Source: Basidiobolus meristosporus CBS 931.73
Taxonomy: Eukaryota; Fungi; Basidiobolomycota
Length of the DNA stretch: 49,064 bases
Assembly (NCBI GenBank): GCA_002104905.1
Contig: MCFE01000661.1
Span: 1-49,064 of the forward strand
Reading direction: 5' to 3'
Below the pieces are notes generated by a model that saw only the letters and a list, made by a program, of their open reading frames with translations, searched no databases and was not told where the DNA came from. Shown here piece after piece: positions 36,926-48,455 of this stretch. The position numbers were made by a program, and so were the translations under genes. The first letter of the stretch is position 1; every line of letters starts with the position of its first letter.

Positions 36926-38564
36926 ATGATCGACTTCCCTTTGGCCTCCCCGGACTCTACCGTGGATGCCCTACTGGCACTGCCAGTGGACAATCCAACC
37001 ACCCCCATTCTATCCCCCACTTCACCAAGTAAGCATAGCCATCGTGCTTCCTTGGGGAGATTCACCAAAAATGAGATCCAGAAATTACTTAGAGAAGCCT
37101 ACGCAATGATAATGGAGAAAGACAGAGGTATGGATGAAGCAGCTTGCCCACGGCAGAATAGAGTGGCAGACGACTGTGAGTTTCTAAACACGCACTAACT
37201 CCCTTCCAACAGAGTTAACCCTTGCCGCCAAACTTCGCAACCACATTATTGAAGAGAACGACATACTAAGAGAGAAGTACTCCGAGCTGGTTGAGTATGT
37301 AAAAGAGCTTAATATTTTCGATGAGCCGGTCCACGACGGCGACAGTGGAATACTACTTAACGCCGATTACGAACTATCGCCGCCCCCGCCACCACCCCGC
37401 TTGCGGTCGACCCCAAGGCGTATGAACAGTCGCTACGACGAGGAAGATGCCATCGTTTCGCTTGAGCACATGAACCAAGACCTACAGCTGAAGCTCGAAA
37501 GCGCGCTAAACGAAAACGATGATCTGCGAAAGAAAGGCGACCGCAGAATCCGCAAGCTCGAGCATGAAATTGAGCAGCTACGGCTCGAGTTGGAGCGTGC
37601 TTGCCAAACCGTCCAGGAGCTGGAGGACCAGAACCAGAGTCTGCTGTCGCGGAATCGGGAGGAGCAGCGCAGCCGACCTTCTTCTCAGCAGTCCGATAGG
37701 TCCTCCTCGCCCAAAACACAACGCCAGATCGAGCAGCAGGCCGAAGACGAAGTGATCGAGATCTTGATCACCAAAATCACCGAACTGGAGAAGCTCAACG
37801 ACAGCATCTACTCGCAGAAGTCGGACCTTGAGCAACAGCTGGAGGCCGCCATGTACCAGCTTGAAGACGCCTCCGTGCGTGTCAAAGACCTGGAAGACAC
37901 CGCCCGGGATTACAACGAGCTACAGAATGCCTTCGAGAGACAATCCATGCACGTTGCGGAGTTGTCCCAGTCGGTTGAGGACCAACGGTCCTGGATCCAA
38001 AATATTTTCGGCCAATTCTCCCCCCGCTCGGTCCCCGGGACTTTCTCGCCCACCACCAGCCCAATGGGTACTACCATCCGTAGTCCAACCCGAAGCAGCT
38101 TCCTAGGAAGCTCCGGCTATTCGCCCTCCCCCACTGTCAGAAGAAGAGGGACTTTGCTAAACGAACTAGAGTCCGAGTGGTTCATCCAAACCACCCCTAC
38201 ACATAACCTCTCCAACACCATCATGACCCCGCGAACCATTGCACATAGCGGATACATGGCCTCTACACCCATCACAGGCCGAAGCCCCCTCGGCTCATTC
38301 CAGAGCCCGCTGTCCCCCATTCCATTCAACAACGACTATCTGCGGGACGTGTTCAACAGCGACGAATCCAAGGAGCTGCTAGAGGAATCATCCGGCGATG
38401 AAAGCAACGAAGAGGAGACGCCCAGAAGAGGGCTGTTTGGCTGGGTAGGTAGATTGGTGAAGTATCTGGTCAAGACGGTGTTGAAATGGTGCCGGTTCCT
38501 ATTCTTCCTCTCCATGGCCGTCGTGATAGCGATCTATCGTGGACCAGACGGGGCGGCACTTTAA
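36926..38564 (+). CDS. Coiled-coil protein with an N-terminal CC1-box-like motif and a C-terminal transmembrane anchor (about 517 aa)
   Basis: Exons 36926-37127 and 37213-38564 join in frame. MEKDR|ELTLAAKLR, long heptad region, SP/TP-rich linker, terminal FLFFLSMAVVIAIYRGP. Confidence 0.85.
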
Positions 38565-40205
38565 GATGGTTCTTCGCACCTTGCTACCTGTATAGATGTA
38601 TACTAATCCTTCTCGCCGATATTTCCTCCCCTCATCGTTCTATACTAGTCCTAGATTTCATGGTCGAAATCAGATTATTGGAATCCCATATTATTATCTA
38701 ATTAAAAGTCCCTTAAATCCCAACCGTTCTTTCGCTCCCTCGCACTTCAGCTGCGGTTTGTCTGGCAACACGTGAGGTCTGAACATGGACCTCCCCCTCC
38801 TGGCCATTCCGTGGGCATCCCATGAAGATGCGAATGCAAGGGCTGGATTGTGTTGATGCCGAAGCTGCAGCCATCACCTGTGGTGAGCCATTGGCAGTAG
38901 AGAGGTGCTATCTGCATGTGGTACCAATTCTACGGGTCACCCTCCGGCTACTCCCTTGGATCTGGTAGCTAATGGATAGATTCCAATGTGGCGCCTAATG
39001 GTTACATCAAGGTTCGAGATGCAGCAAGTCCAAATGTAGAGAAGCTAGGCTGCAGATTGGTGATTGCGGTTCTCACATGGTCACTGAACCCCAATGATGG
39101 CTTCCCGACGACGTGCCATCCCAATGTTCCACGATGCACCTAGACTCTTCAACGGCCACGGTGGGGTTCCAGGTAAAATGGTGACTAAACCTTAATGCCC
39201 TTCACCGATATGTCGGAAAGACTAGCCCCTTTCCTGGAATCAAGAATGACCGCCAGGGTCTTCAGAAGCCTGCTCCGTTGTGCAGAACGGCCTTTGGCGC
39301 TGGATTCCGTTGGGGGTGGGGGAAAGGGGCTGGCTGCTTCCAAATCTGTTTGTCCCATGGAAAGCTCCGTTTTTTTCAGGTCACTGAGGTTGCCTCAACC
39401 CGATCTATAGATGAGAGTCTCCCCAGCATCAGCTATTGGATCAACCATCCGCAGGAAAAAGGAATCTCCAGCCGGTGAAACGGACCATTAGCTGTACTGG
39501 ATAGATGTGCGAGTGACCTGGATGATTGGCATTGATGAATCGACTGTGGTGTCACCATTGTTTCCATTCTACCCATCATACCTTGCCATTATACGGCCAT
39601 TACCTTTACAGAACCACCAATGGCCTTGCGAGCGCGTGCAGTAATTTTGGAAGCTGGGTTTGTTGCAAGTGGCCAGGATGTAGAGGCTTGACTTACCAAG
39701 ACACCAGATCACTTGTGCTCGACATGATCCCTGCATGAACAACCACACCATTATCCACAGGTAATCTCGCTCCCCAAGCCCCTATACTGAAGTGATGTGC
39801 CTTCCGACTTGAATTAGTTTGGCTGCCTCTGCAGGTCGGACGGTTTCGACCTGGGGACTCTGTGGAATCGCTTTGTCTGCAATAAGGTGGTATTTCTTAG
39901 CGGAGCAGGTGTTTTGCTGTATCCTGCTAGCAACTTTTCACTTGATCAATGGGAGTGATTGAAACCGGATCCCTTGCTACACGGCAGTAAGTCACCATAC
40001 AAATACCTGTTTGTGGTCTCAGCATATTTTGTTGGCACAGCCAATCAGCCTTTGAGCTTTCCAATTGTCAGCTTACATCTGGTGTGGTTGTAATAGGCGC
40101 ACTCCATCCATGCTCCCTGAGGGATTTCCAAGCTACACAGTCACCCATCTTATCTCATCTGTTGCGGAACAGTTGGCTGATTACTGCCATTTCTTTCTAA
40201 TTCAA

Positions 40206-40690
40206 TGTTGCATCTAGGTTTTTCTAGTTGCCTTCCTCACCTTGACCATTTGTGTACTGCCATCCTAAATCTCTACTATGGCCAGGGATTTAGCGGTTGA
40301 ATTGGCTAATATATTCCACTGTAAAATCGCATGTTTGGGGCTGTTTTAGCAACTTTGAGATTTTCATGTTCTGGGTACCTGATGTTTTGGTGAAAATATG
40401 CAAAGTAAATCCAAGCAAGGACTTTAGCCAGAATTCTCTAAGATTTGTAGACAATGATTTAAGTGACTAAGTTATGTGAATATTTAGGCGCAATTGTAAA
40501 ATTTGCAACATCCCTAATCAACTAAATACTCATATTAGCCAGCCCTAATTGTGAGCAACAATATTCAAATTTGTCTCTGGCTAATGGTTTTGTGAACATG
40601 TCTGCAGTAATTTAATCTGTAGAATAGTACCCTAAGATAACTAAGTTATTCTCCATGGAGGAGAAGTGAGAAATCTAAATTGCAGAATTA
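40206..40690 (-). mobile_element. Ty1/copia remnant B: RNase H end, degenerate PPT and LTR (about 40206-40510)
   Basis: 40330-40650 aligns by eye with 41610-41940. TGTTG at 40206 and CAACA at 40510. The left boundary is tentative. Confidence 0.7.
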
Positions 40691-40899
40691 CTCTGTTACT
40701 TCATGAGATAGAAACTGTAGGCATATAAGCTACTGATGTAGGTGTGATAATCACCATCCTGACTAGCCTGATTGACAATTTTCAGGGCACTGTCTCTGTT
40801 GTAAAGGTTTTGAAGATATTAGAAGTGGCTGGCAAAACAAGTAGAAAACATAGTTTTCACCTCATGATTAATGGGATGTAAAAGTGGTATTGAGACTTT

Positions 40900-41400
40900 T
40901 ACATGGTCTTAGGCAAAGAATGCCTAAGATGTTAGAAGACATATACTAGTCATGTTCAGCTGCCAAGAAAATGTATCTTAGGCAAAAGTCCTTGACTACA
41001 AAGATGCTGCCAGGAGTAGAAATGAAAAATCCAACTAACAGCACTACCCTGCAGGTGGATGAGATGGAATCTGTGTGTGTACCTACCACTGATGAGGATG
41101 TGATAGTAAACATCCTGAATAGCCTGACAGACAAGGTTCAGGGCCTTGTATCAGCTCTAGAGTTCAGAACTGAAGATTTGACCTTAAATTAAGCATATGG
41201 AAGGCTCCTGGATGAAGAATTAAGAAAATCAAGTGCTAATAAGAAGGAAGAGGAAAATGCCTTAATAAGTCATGATAACCAATAAAGGAGGTGTCCAAGA
41301 CCCTTTAAAAGCAATAGCAACCTGTTTTGCAGCTACTGCAAGAAGAAATGACACACATCAGACTGGTGGCTCAAAAAGTAAGATAGCCAGCAGAAAAAGC
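40900..41400 (+). mobile_element. Copia gag fragment (UBN2-like plus zinc knuckle), decayed
   Basis: KMYLRQK...DEDVIVNILNSL...LTLN*AYGRLLDEE...FCSYCKKK*HTSDW. Confidence 0.75.
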
Positions 41401-41466
41401 TTGAGTAGGGAAAGGCTGCTACAGCTGAAGATAGACTAGCCATATCTGCTGTAAGAGTCTTGGAAA

Positions 41467-43890
41467 TATTGGAAGTGAGTTGGAGTACAAGTAGATTATG
41501 TGGCTTTCACTTGATTATTTATTGAATGCCAAAGTGGTACTTATACTTTTACCTGGTCTTGGCATAAAAAACACAAAGAATGGGTTAAGGAAGCTCCCAA
41601 GAGCATGTGTGCAAGGTTTGGGACTGTTTGGGCAACTTGGAGAATCTTCATGTTCCTGGTACCTGGTATTTTGGTGAAAATATTTTTAGTAAATTCTGAC
41701 AGAGAATCTGGTCAGTATTCTCCAGGATTTGAGGGTAATGATCCAAGTGACTAAATTTGGTGAATATTTAGGTGGAATTACAAACTTTTACAACACTCCC
41801 ACTTAGCTAAATGTTCATACTGACTAGTCCTAATTTTAACCTAAGATATTCAAACTTGTCTCTAGCTAATGGTTTGGTAAATATGTCTGCAATCATTTCA
41901 TCAGTGGGACAGTAAACTAAGCTAACTAAGTTATTCTCTATAGCTTCATATATGAAATGATGTCTAATATCAATGTGCTTGGTTTTAGCATGAAAAGTTG
42001 GATTTCTACCTAATTGTATACATCCTTGATTATCTTGAAACAAAGTAAGAGGTGTTTTTTGACATAGGCCTAAATCTGTAAAAAGCTTTCTTAACCACAT
42101 TGCTTTTTTTGTAGCTTCACAGGCTGCCATATACTCTGCCTCTGTGGTAGAAAGTGCTACGGTTGGTTGCTTTCTTAAATTCAATGATATTGATCCTTTA
42201 CATGAAAGAAAGGTGTATCCTGTGGTAGATCTTCTGTCTTCTAAATTTTGTCCCCGATCAGCATCAGAGTATCCCACAGGATCCTGTTCTGACTCCTTAT
42301 AAGTGTATCTTAAGCCAATATCAGCAGTTCCTTTTAGGTATCTAAAAATCCACTTAACTGCTGCAATATGATCAGATCCATAGTTTCAATTATGTTGGCT
42401 GACAACTCCCACAGAATATGAGATATCTGGACATGTTCCTAGCATGATGTACATCAGACTGTCAATCATAGATTGATAAGGAAAGTCAGGGCTTTCAGAT
42501 AGCACTAAGCTCTCTTGATTTGGCTGAGTTTTGACCAAGTTAAGGTTTGTCTCCATTGGGGTAGCTGCTAGTTTACAGTCTACCATTTTGTACTTTTTTA
42601 GTATATCTTGAATATACTTGGATTGGCTTAGGGTAATAGTCTGGGTACTTCTGTCTATGGAGAACTTGATCCCTAAGTAGTAACTGAATTCTCCTAGATT
42701 GGACATCTTGAACTCCTTATATAGGCTGGATTTTGCCTCTTCCAATGTTTCTAGGTTATTGGTGGCTATAATAAGATCATCCACATATAGAGCTAATAGA
42801 ACTGGATTTGCTCTATCTGGCTTAAAGTATATGCTATAGTCAGCATTACTCCTTTGAAACTCAAAGATTCCAAATAGAAATCAATCTTGCAATTCAAGGC
42901 TCTTGGTGATTGTTTGAGACCATATAGTGACTTTTTAAGCTTGCAGACCAAATGGGGGTTATCTTGGTCAACAAACCCATCAGGCTGGTCCATATACACG
43001 TCCTCATCAAGTTCTCCATTCAAAAATGCCGTTTTACATCCATTTCATGAATAAAAAACTTATATTTGGCTGCAATAGCCAATATTAATCTGATGGAGTT
43101 AAACTTGGCTACCGGTGCAAAGGTCTCAGTATAGTCAAGTCCTTTTGTTTCAGAGTATTCTTTGGCCACAAGTCTTGCTTTGTATCTTTCAATTATGCCA
43201 TCAGCCTTGTATTTTGTCTTGAAGACCCATCTGCATCCAATTGATTTTTGGTTGATTGGTAATTTGACTAAGTCCCAAGTTTGATTTTCCATCAGGGCCT
43301 GATATTTGTCAGTCATTGCAGATCTCCAAAACTTTGTCTGAGGGCTATTTAGGGCCTCTTCTACAGTCTGGGGCTCATCAACATGGTCTTAATAGGCATA
43401 GGCTAAGGTTGCACCCTCATTGATATAGTAATTTGGGCTATTTCTTGTCTGATTGGATCTCCAGGCATTTGATACTGGAATGATCACTTCTAGGATATTC
43501 CTGGGCACTGATTCTAGCTGAACCATGGTTGTAGAGTCCTCTGGAGTGAAAAAATTTTCATTGTTTTGCTCTGATTCAATCCTGACAATTGGTGGACTTG
43601 GTGTTGTATCCAAGAGAAAGTGTAATAAAACTCTTGAATGATTTAACTGAACCAAAGGGACAATTAAGTGCAGAATCTTAGAATTGTCAGAGAGTGGCGG
43701 AAATATTAGCAGAAAGATTCTGATCTAGTATTGGTCTTGGATATAGCTGGGTTGGCTATAAAGACAATGATATTTGTTTGCTAGGCAGGCTAGGCTTGGT
43801 GTTCTTTGGAGTGCAAGGTATACTAGGCTTGGATAGAAACCAGAACAGATTTGTTGGATTCTTATTTTTGCTGAGACAGAATCTTAATTT
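41467..43890 (-). mobile_element. Ty1/copia element A: decayed RT and RNase H, PPT and 3' LTR (about 41467-41795)
   Basis: WVFKTK...[33 protein letters not shown], [V/M]DDL, GYSDAD, RKQPTVALSTTEAEY, KHIDIRHHFI, MIADIFTKPL. PPT AAGTGGGAG directly precedes TGTTG at 41795. Frameshifted. Confidence 0.93.
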
Positions 43891-44298
43891 TGTTGAGACA
43901 CACACTAAACCAAAAGGTTCAGTAAACTTTATTTATACTTTTCTGATCAAGTTGAATTAGTAAGTGCCAAGGGACTGGATTGATTGAAATCAATTTGGAT
44001 GTTCATAGGTGCATAAGATAAATGAAAATTACATCATCAATCAACTGATGTCTTGGCAACTGCACAGTGGTTGGATAGATCTCAGATGACTAATCACCTG
44101 GGAAGGCTTGGCAGATAGGTTGATAACGTAATGACCATTTGAAAATAGATCAGGTGTGATAGCTAAAAATAGATTTTGAGGTGGGATAAAATAAACTGTA
44201 ACTGGGATTTGTTATGTTTGGGTTAGGGAAAATCAGTTAGGGTACTAGATTTTCAAACGGAGTAAAATTGGCTAAGTTCTAAATGTTGATGCACAACA
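43891..44298 (-). repeat. 3' LTR (408 bp) of the chromovirus
   Basis: TGTTG at 43891 and CAACA at 44298; purine tract GGAAGGAAG upstream on the minus strand; TATAAATAAA inside. Confidence 0.7.
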
Positions 44299-45095
44299 TG
44301 ACTTCCTTCCGGAAGAGGAGTTTTTTGATACCTTCTGGGTTCCTCTGTGGCTCCAATACTGATCAATAATGGCAACATCATCAAAGTCGGTGTAAGGTTC
44401 CCAGGTGTTGTGTTTGGCATCAAAGCCTTTCCACTTGACTAAATAAAGGCAATTTGGTACTTCTCCATCATGGTCCACAACAGCTTCAACTTGATAGGAT
44501 TCTGAAGTTACTGGGCCTTGAGAAATAAGTTTGAGTGAAGAAGGTGGAAAGTTTTTGGGTAGCAGTGCTCCAGTATTATCCTGAAGTACATAAGATCCTC
44601 CAGTAGTGCGTCTGACAACCTTGAATGGTCCTTCATACTTGGGGTCAAGCTTAGATTGCCGGATTGGATCTAGTGTCATGACAAATGACCCATCTGGGAA
44701 GCTGCTGTTCCTGTGTCTTGAGGCATATGTTGAAGTCATCTTTTGCTGAGAGGCCTTACTTCTGGCACTGATAGCAGGGTAGACAATGTTGGTAAGGTAC
44801 TCAAGCCGGTTCTTTAGCTTATCTGTATTCAAACTTGCTAACTCTGTATTCTGGTAGTCTCCAAAGTGGTTGTATCTTCTTCCAAACATCAAGGAAAATA
44901 GTGTTGATCCATGTAGAGCGGCAATTTTGGTGTTGATAGCATATTGTACAGTCGGAATGTACTTGTCCCAATTCTTCTTGATACCTTTGATAGATTTCCT
45001 GATGATGTTCACTGAGGTCTAAACATGTCTTTCAGCCAGTCCATTAGCTTTGGGATGATATGGAGTGATTAGACGGTGATCAATGGCGCTGTGGT
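44272..45095 (-). mobile_element. Ty3/gypsy chromovirus integrase C-terminus, GPF motif and chromodomain (5'-truncated)
   Basis: IDHRLITPYHPKANGLAERHV*, YEGPFKVV, and the chromodomain YQVEAVVDH...YLVKWKGFDAKHNTWEPYTDF. Confidence 0.93.
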
Positions 45096-45097
45096 GG

Positions 45098-46159
45098 TGT
45101 ATAGGTCCAAGGGAGAGATACGTCCAACACTTCTCAAGTGTTTTGTGTGTGGGGTGTTCACTGGGTGCAATAACCTCTGGCAAAAGCTTGCTAGGAATAC
45201 TTGGGTTCTGTTTCTAATCTAATGTGAAGGGAAATAAAGCCACAAGCTTGTCAAGGGAAAACTATTGAGCTACAATCCCCAACTTAGTTGGCATCTTAGC
45301 AAAAGTATGTGCTGGGTTCAGCATCCTTTGAGATGACAATGTACTAAAGCTTCCAAAGTCAAAACAACTGTAAACTCCACCAGCAGGGACTTGATAAGAA
45401 TGCAGCTGTGGTCAATAGTTACAAAGACAGAAAAGTATCTTTGCCTGTACAAGAACAAACTTGGGAAAGAATCAAATATAATAAAAGATACCTACTCTGA
45501 GTATTCCTCACAAGTAGTGCCTCCAAGGTCAGTTGGCTGCCAGCACGGTTTCCTGGGAGTGTCCTGTGGTCTAGGGTTGGAAGTTCAGGTAGCAGCAGGC
45601 AGCAGTGATCACACTAATCAACAAGTTGGTATATTGATAAAAGGGATGATGATTTATTGTAGAGGGATAGCCTCCCTTATATACTTTTCTCACTGGCTAA
45701 GTGATTACTAATCATGGTGTTCCAGAAGGTTCCAGATATCAATAGAAATCTTAATGACATCAGAATGACCTAAGAATGCTCTAAGTAGGTGCTGGAAGGT
45801 TCTAAGAGGCACAGCACATCCAACCAATCAGGAATCAATATTCTGAAACCTGTGTAACATAGGGATACCTTATATGGTATGGAAATGGTAGGGATGGTGA
45901 CATGGGTTGATCATGTGTCACGGGTACTGGCACGGGTACTTGCCTATATAGAAGCACTTGTAGCTAGTAATCTTACATAAAGTGAGGGGTAACTTAAGCA
46001 ATAAGGTAAGCAGGTGTGATGGTCAACCGGCTTATGGGATAGTACTGATTGGGTAAGACAAATGGGATAAAACTAAAATGAGTGTAGTAGGGATATAGGG
46101 AAGTAGAAAATAAGGGAATGAGCACATCTGTCAGTGGGTGTCACTGTCACCCCACTACA
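45098..46159 (-). repeat. Putative 3' LTR of the second gypsy element (left boundary uncertain)
   Basis: On the minus strand, PPT GAGAGGGGGGTGGA directly precedes TGTAGTGG at 46159; AATAAA near 45655; candidate other end TGTA at 45098, at the junction with the chromovirus. Confidence 0.55.
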
Positions 46160-48455
46160 TCCACCCCCCTCTCAGCTTTGAACTTGGGTCAAAGCAAACT
46201 AATCTTGATGTGCAAAATTCCTATGCTTGAATAACTTAAGTCAATTTCCAGCAACTGGTGCTCTCAACTGGGTGTTGTCAAGCGCAGATATGTAATAACT
46301 TCCATTTCCAATCACTTTGGAAATGAGGTAGGGGCCAGTCCATTTGTTGTCAAACTTCCAACTCCATTGCTTTTCAAGGTAGAATCATAGAGTAATACTG
46401 GGTCTCCTAGTGATAGTGGTTTTGGTCTTGTTGGGTGTGATTTGTCAAAGGGCACCTTGTTCTTTAGTTGTGTATCCTTAAGTTGGTCAGCAGCTCTGCT
46501 AATATTCAAGTCATGGTGATCAAGTTGCTGTATGCAAGTTGCAAGGAGGTCTTCAGTCTGCATATTGGATCTCCAATTCAATGAGTTCCAAGTGATTGTG
46601 TTTAACTCAACTGGTAGTATGCAGTCATGTCCATAGAGTAGCTTGAATGGCAATAATCCAGTTGTTCTCTTGGTAGTAATGCTATCTGCCCAGAGTGCTA
46701 GATGTAATTGCTGTGGCCACAGTGTGGTGTTATTCTCACAAGTCTTGACAAGAGAGTTCACCAATGGTCCATGTCCTCTCTCTATCATTCCATTGGCTTG
46801 AGGGTGGTAAGCTGTTGTGAAAGCTATGTGTATCTTGTACTTTGAGCACAACTCCTGGATCATCTGGGATGTCATCTCTCCTCTGTCAGCAACAAACTGT
46901 TGGATGTAGCCAAATCTACAGATGATGTCTTCAAGTATAAATCTCCATATGGTATGGCTCTTGTTGTTGGGCAAGGCTCAAGCCTCTGCCCATCCACTAA
47001 GGTCATCTCTAGCAACAATCAGGTACTTTTTTGATCCAGCTGATGGCATGTGGACAAGGTCAATACCAACCTTTTGCCATAGACAGATTGTGTAAGTAGG
47101 ATGCAGTGGTTCTTCATAACGCTTAGAGGATCTCTTCTGGCAGGCTACACATGACTCAACAAAGTGCTGGATATCATAGTACATGTTTTCCCAGTAGTAC
47201 CTCTGAGCTGTGGTATTGTAGGTGGCTTCTTGTCCTCTATGTCCTCCTGGTTCTCCTTGGTGGATACTTGTCATCATGTTCAGTTGCTCTTGAGGGGTAG
47301 TGACTACTCTTCTTGGCATAAGTCCAGGCTTCACTTGCTTAAAGAGAAGATCATCTTTAAGATAGTAGTGATGTGCCTTCTTCCTGAGTTTTCTAAGCGC
47401 CTGAATTTCCATCCAACTAGGTTATTTAAGTGTCCTTAGATAATCCTTGATCAGACTCCAGGTAGTTCTCTCTTGGTCCTTGATGGCAATCTGTCAGATC
47501 TCTGCATCAATAATATCATCAAAGTGAGGGTCCAAGTCTTCAAATAATTGTGGTCCCTTCCTGGAGAGTGCATCAGCCACAACATTTGTCTTGCCAGGGA
47601 TATGTTTGACCTCAAAGTCAAACATTTTCAGCCATGCCATCCATCAGTTTGTGGCATCATCAGGTAGGTCAGGCTTGTTAATCATTCCTATAAGTGGCTT
47701 GGCATCTGTCTCCAGGATAAAATGTGTCATGTAGAGTTGTGACTTCAGTTTCCTCAGCATCTTCACAACTCCTAGTAGTTCTCTCTTAATCTGTGAGTAT
47801 CTTTGCTCTCTAGGAGAGAATAGGCAGCTCTCATATCTGCAGGCATAGCGGTTGCCATCTTCATCATCTTGTCCAAGTAGTGCTCCAGCTCCTATAGGGC
47901 TTGCATCCACTGTCAAAATAGGTGGGCATTCAGTGTTTTGATAGTCAAGAGGTCTTAGAACTGGTGGAGATACTAAGGCCACTTTCAGTAATTGCATGGC
48001 TTCTTCTTGCTCTTCTCCCAGATAAATGGGGTATTCTTTCTCTGTAGTTGGTAGATTGGTTCTGCTATCTCAGAAAATCTTGGGATCCAGATCCTAAAGA
48101 ACCCACAAGCAGCCACAAAGCCACAAGCTTGTGTGAGATTTGTGGGGGTAGGCCAGTTGCGTATCTTTTGTGTCTTGGAGTCTCCAGGTGAATGACCAAA
48201 GGTATTGCATTTTTGTCCAACAATGGATATCTCTGATACACCAAAGCTGCTTTTCTCACCACTGATGGTGAGTCCAGCTTCTTCAATGGCTCCTAATATG
48301 GCATCATTGTCTACAATATGGTCATAGACAAACTTTCTTACTCCAGGCATAACTTCAGGGGTGTCCCGGAATTTTGGTCCTTTGATGCCTATGTCATCCA
48401 CAAAGACAGCAAGTTTCTCAGGTATAAACTGATACAGCACATTAGACTTGTTCCA
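46160..48455 (-). mobile_element. Ty3/gypsy pol (RT, RNase H, H2C2, integrase core, GPY), decayed and 5'-truncated
   Basis: VFVDDIGIKGP, LTVDASPIGAGALL, RYSQIKRELLG, HRGQEAT...C..CQKR, TTAYHPQANGMIERGH, KWTGPY. Stops and frameshifts present. Confidence 0.95.

Noticed and set aside
4413-37835. Many ORF-track entries antisense to or frameshifted within real genes (e.g. 5080, 11532, 18042, 24981, 26521, 33538, 37357)
   Set aside because: Shadow ORFs of GC-balanced coding exons.
45853-45977. TGTAAC...TTACA segment as a nested solo LTR
   Set aside because: Only about 125 bp and no target-site duplication.
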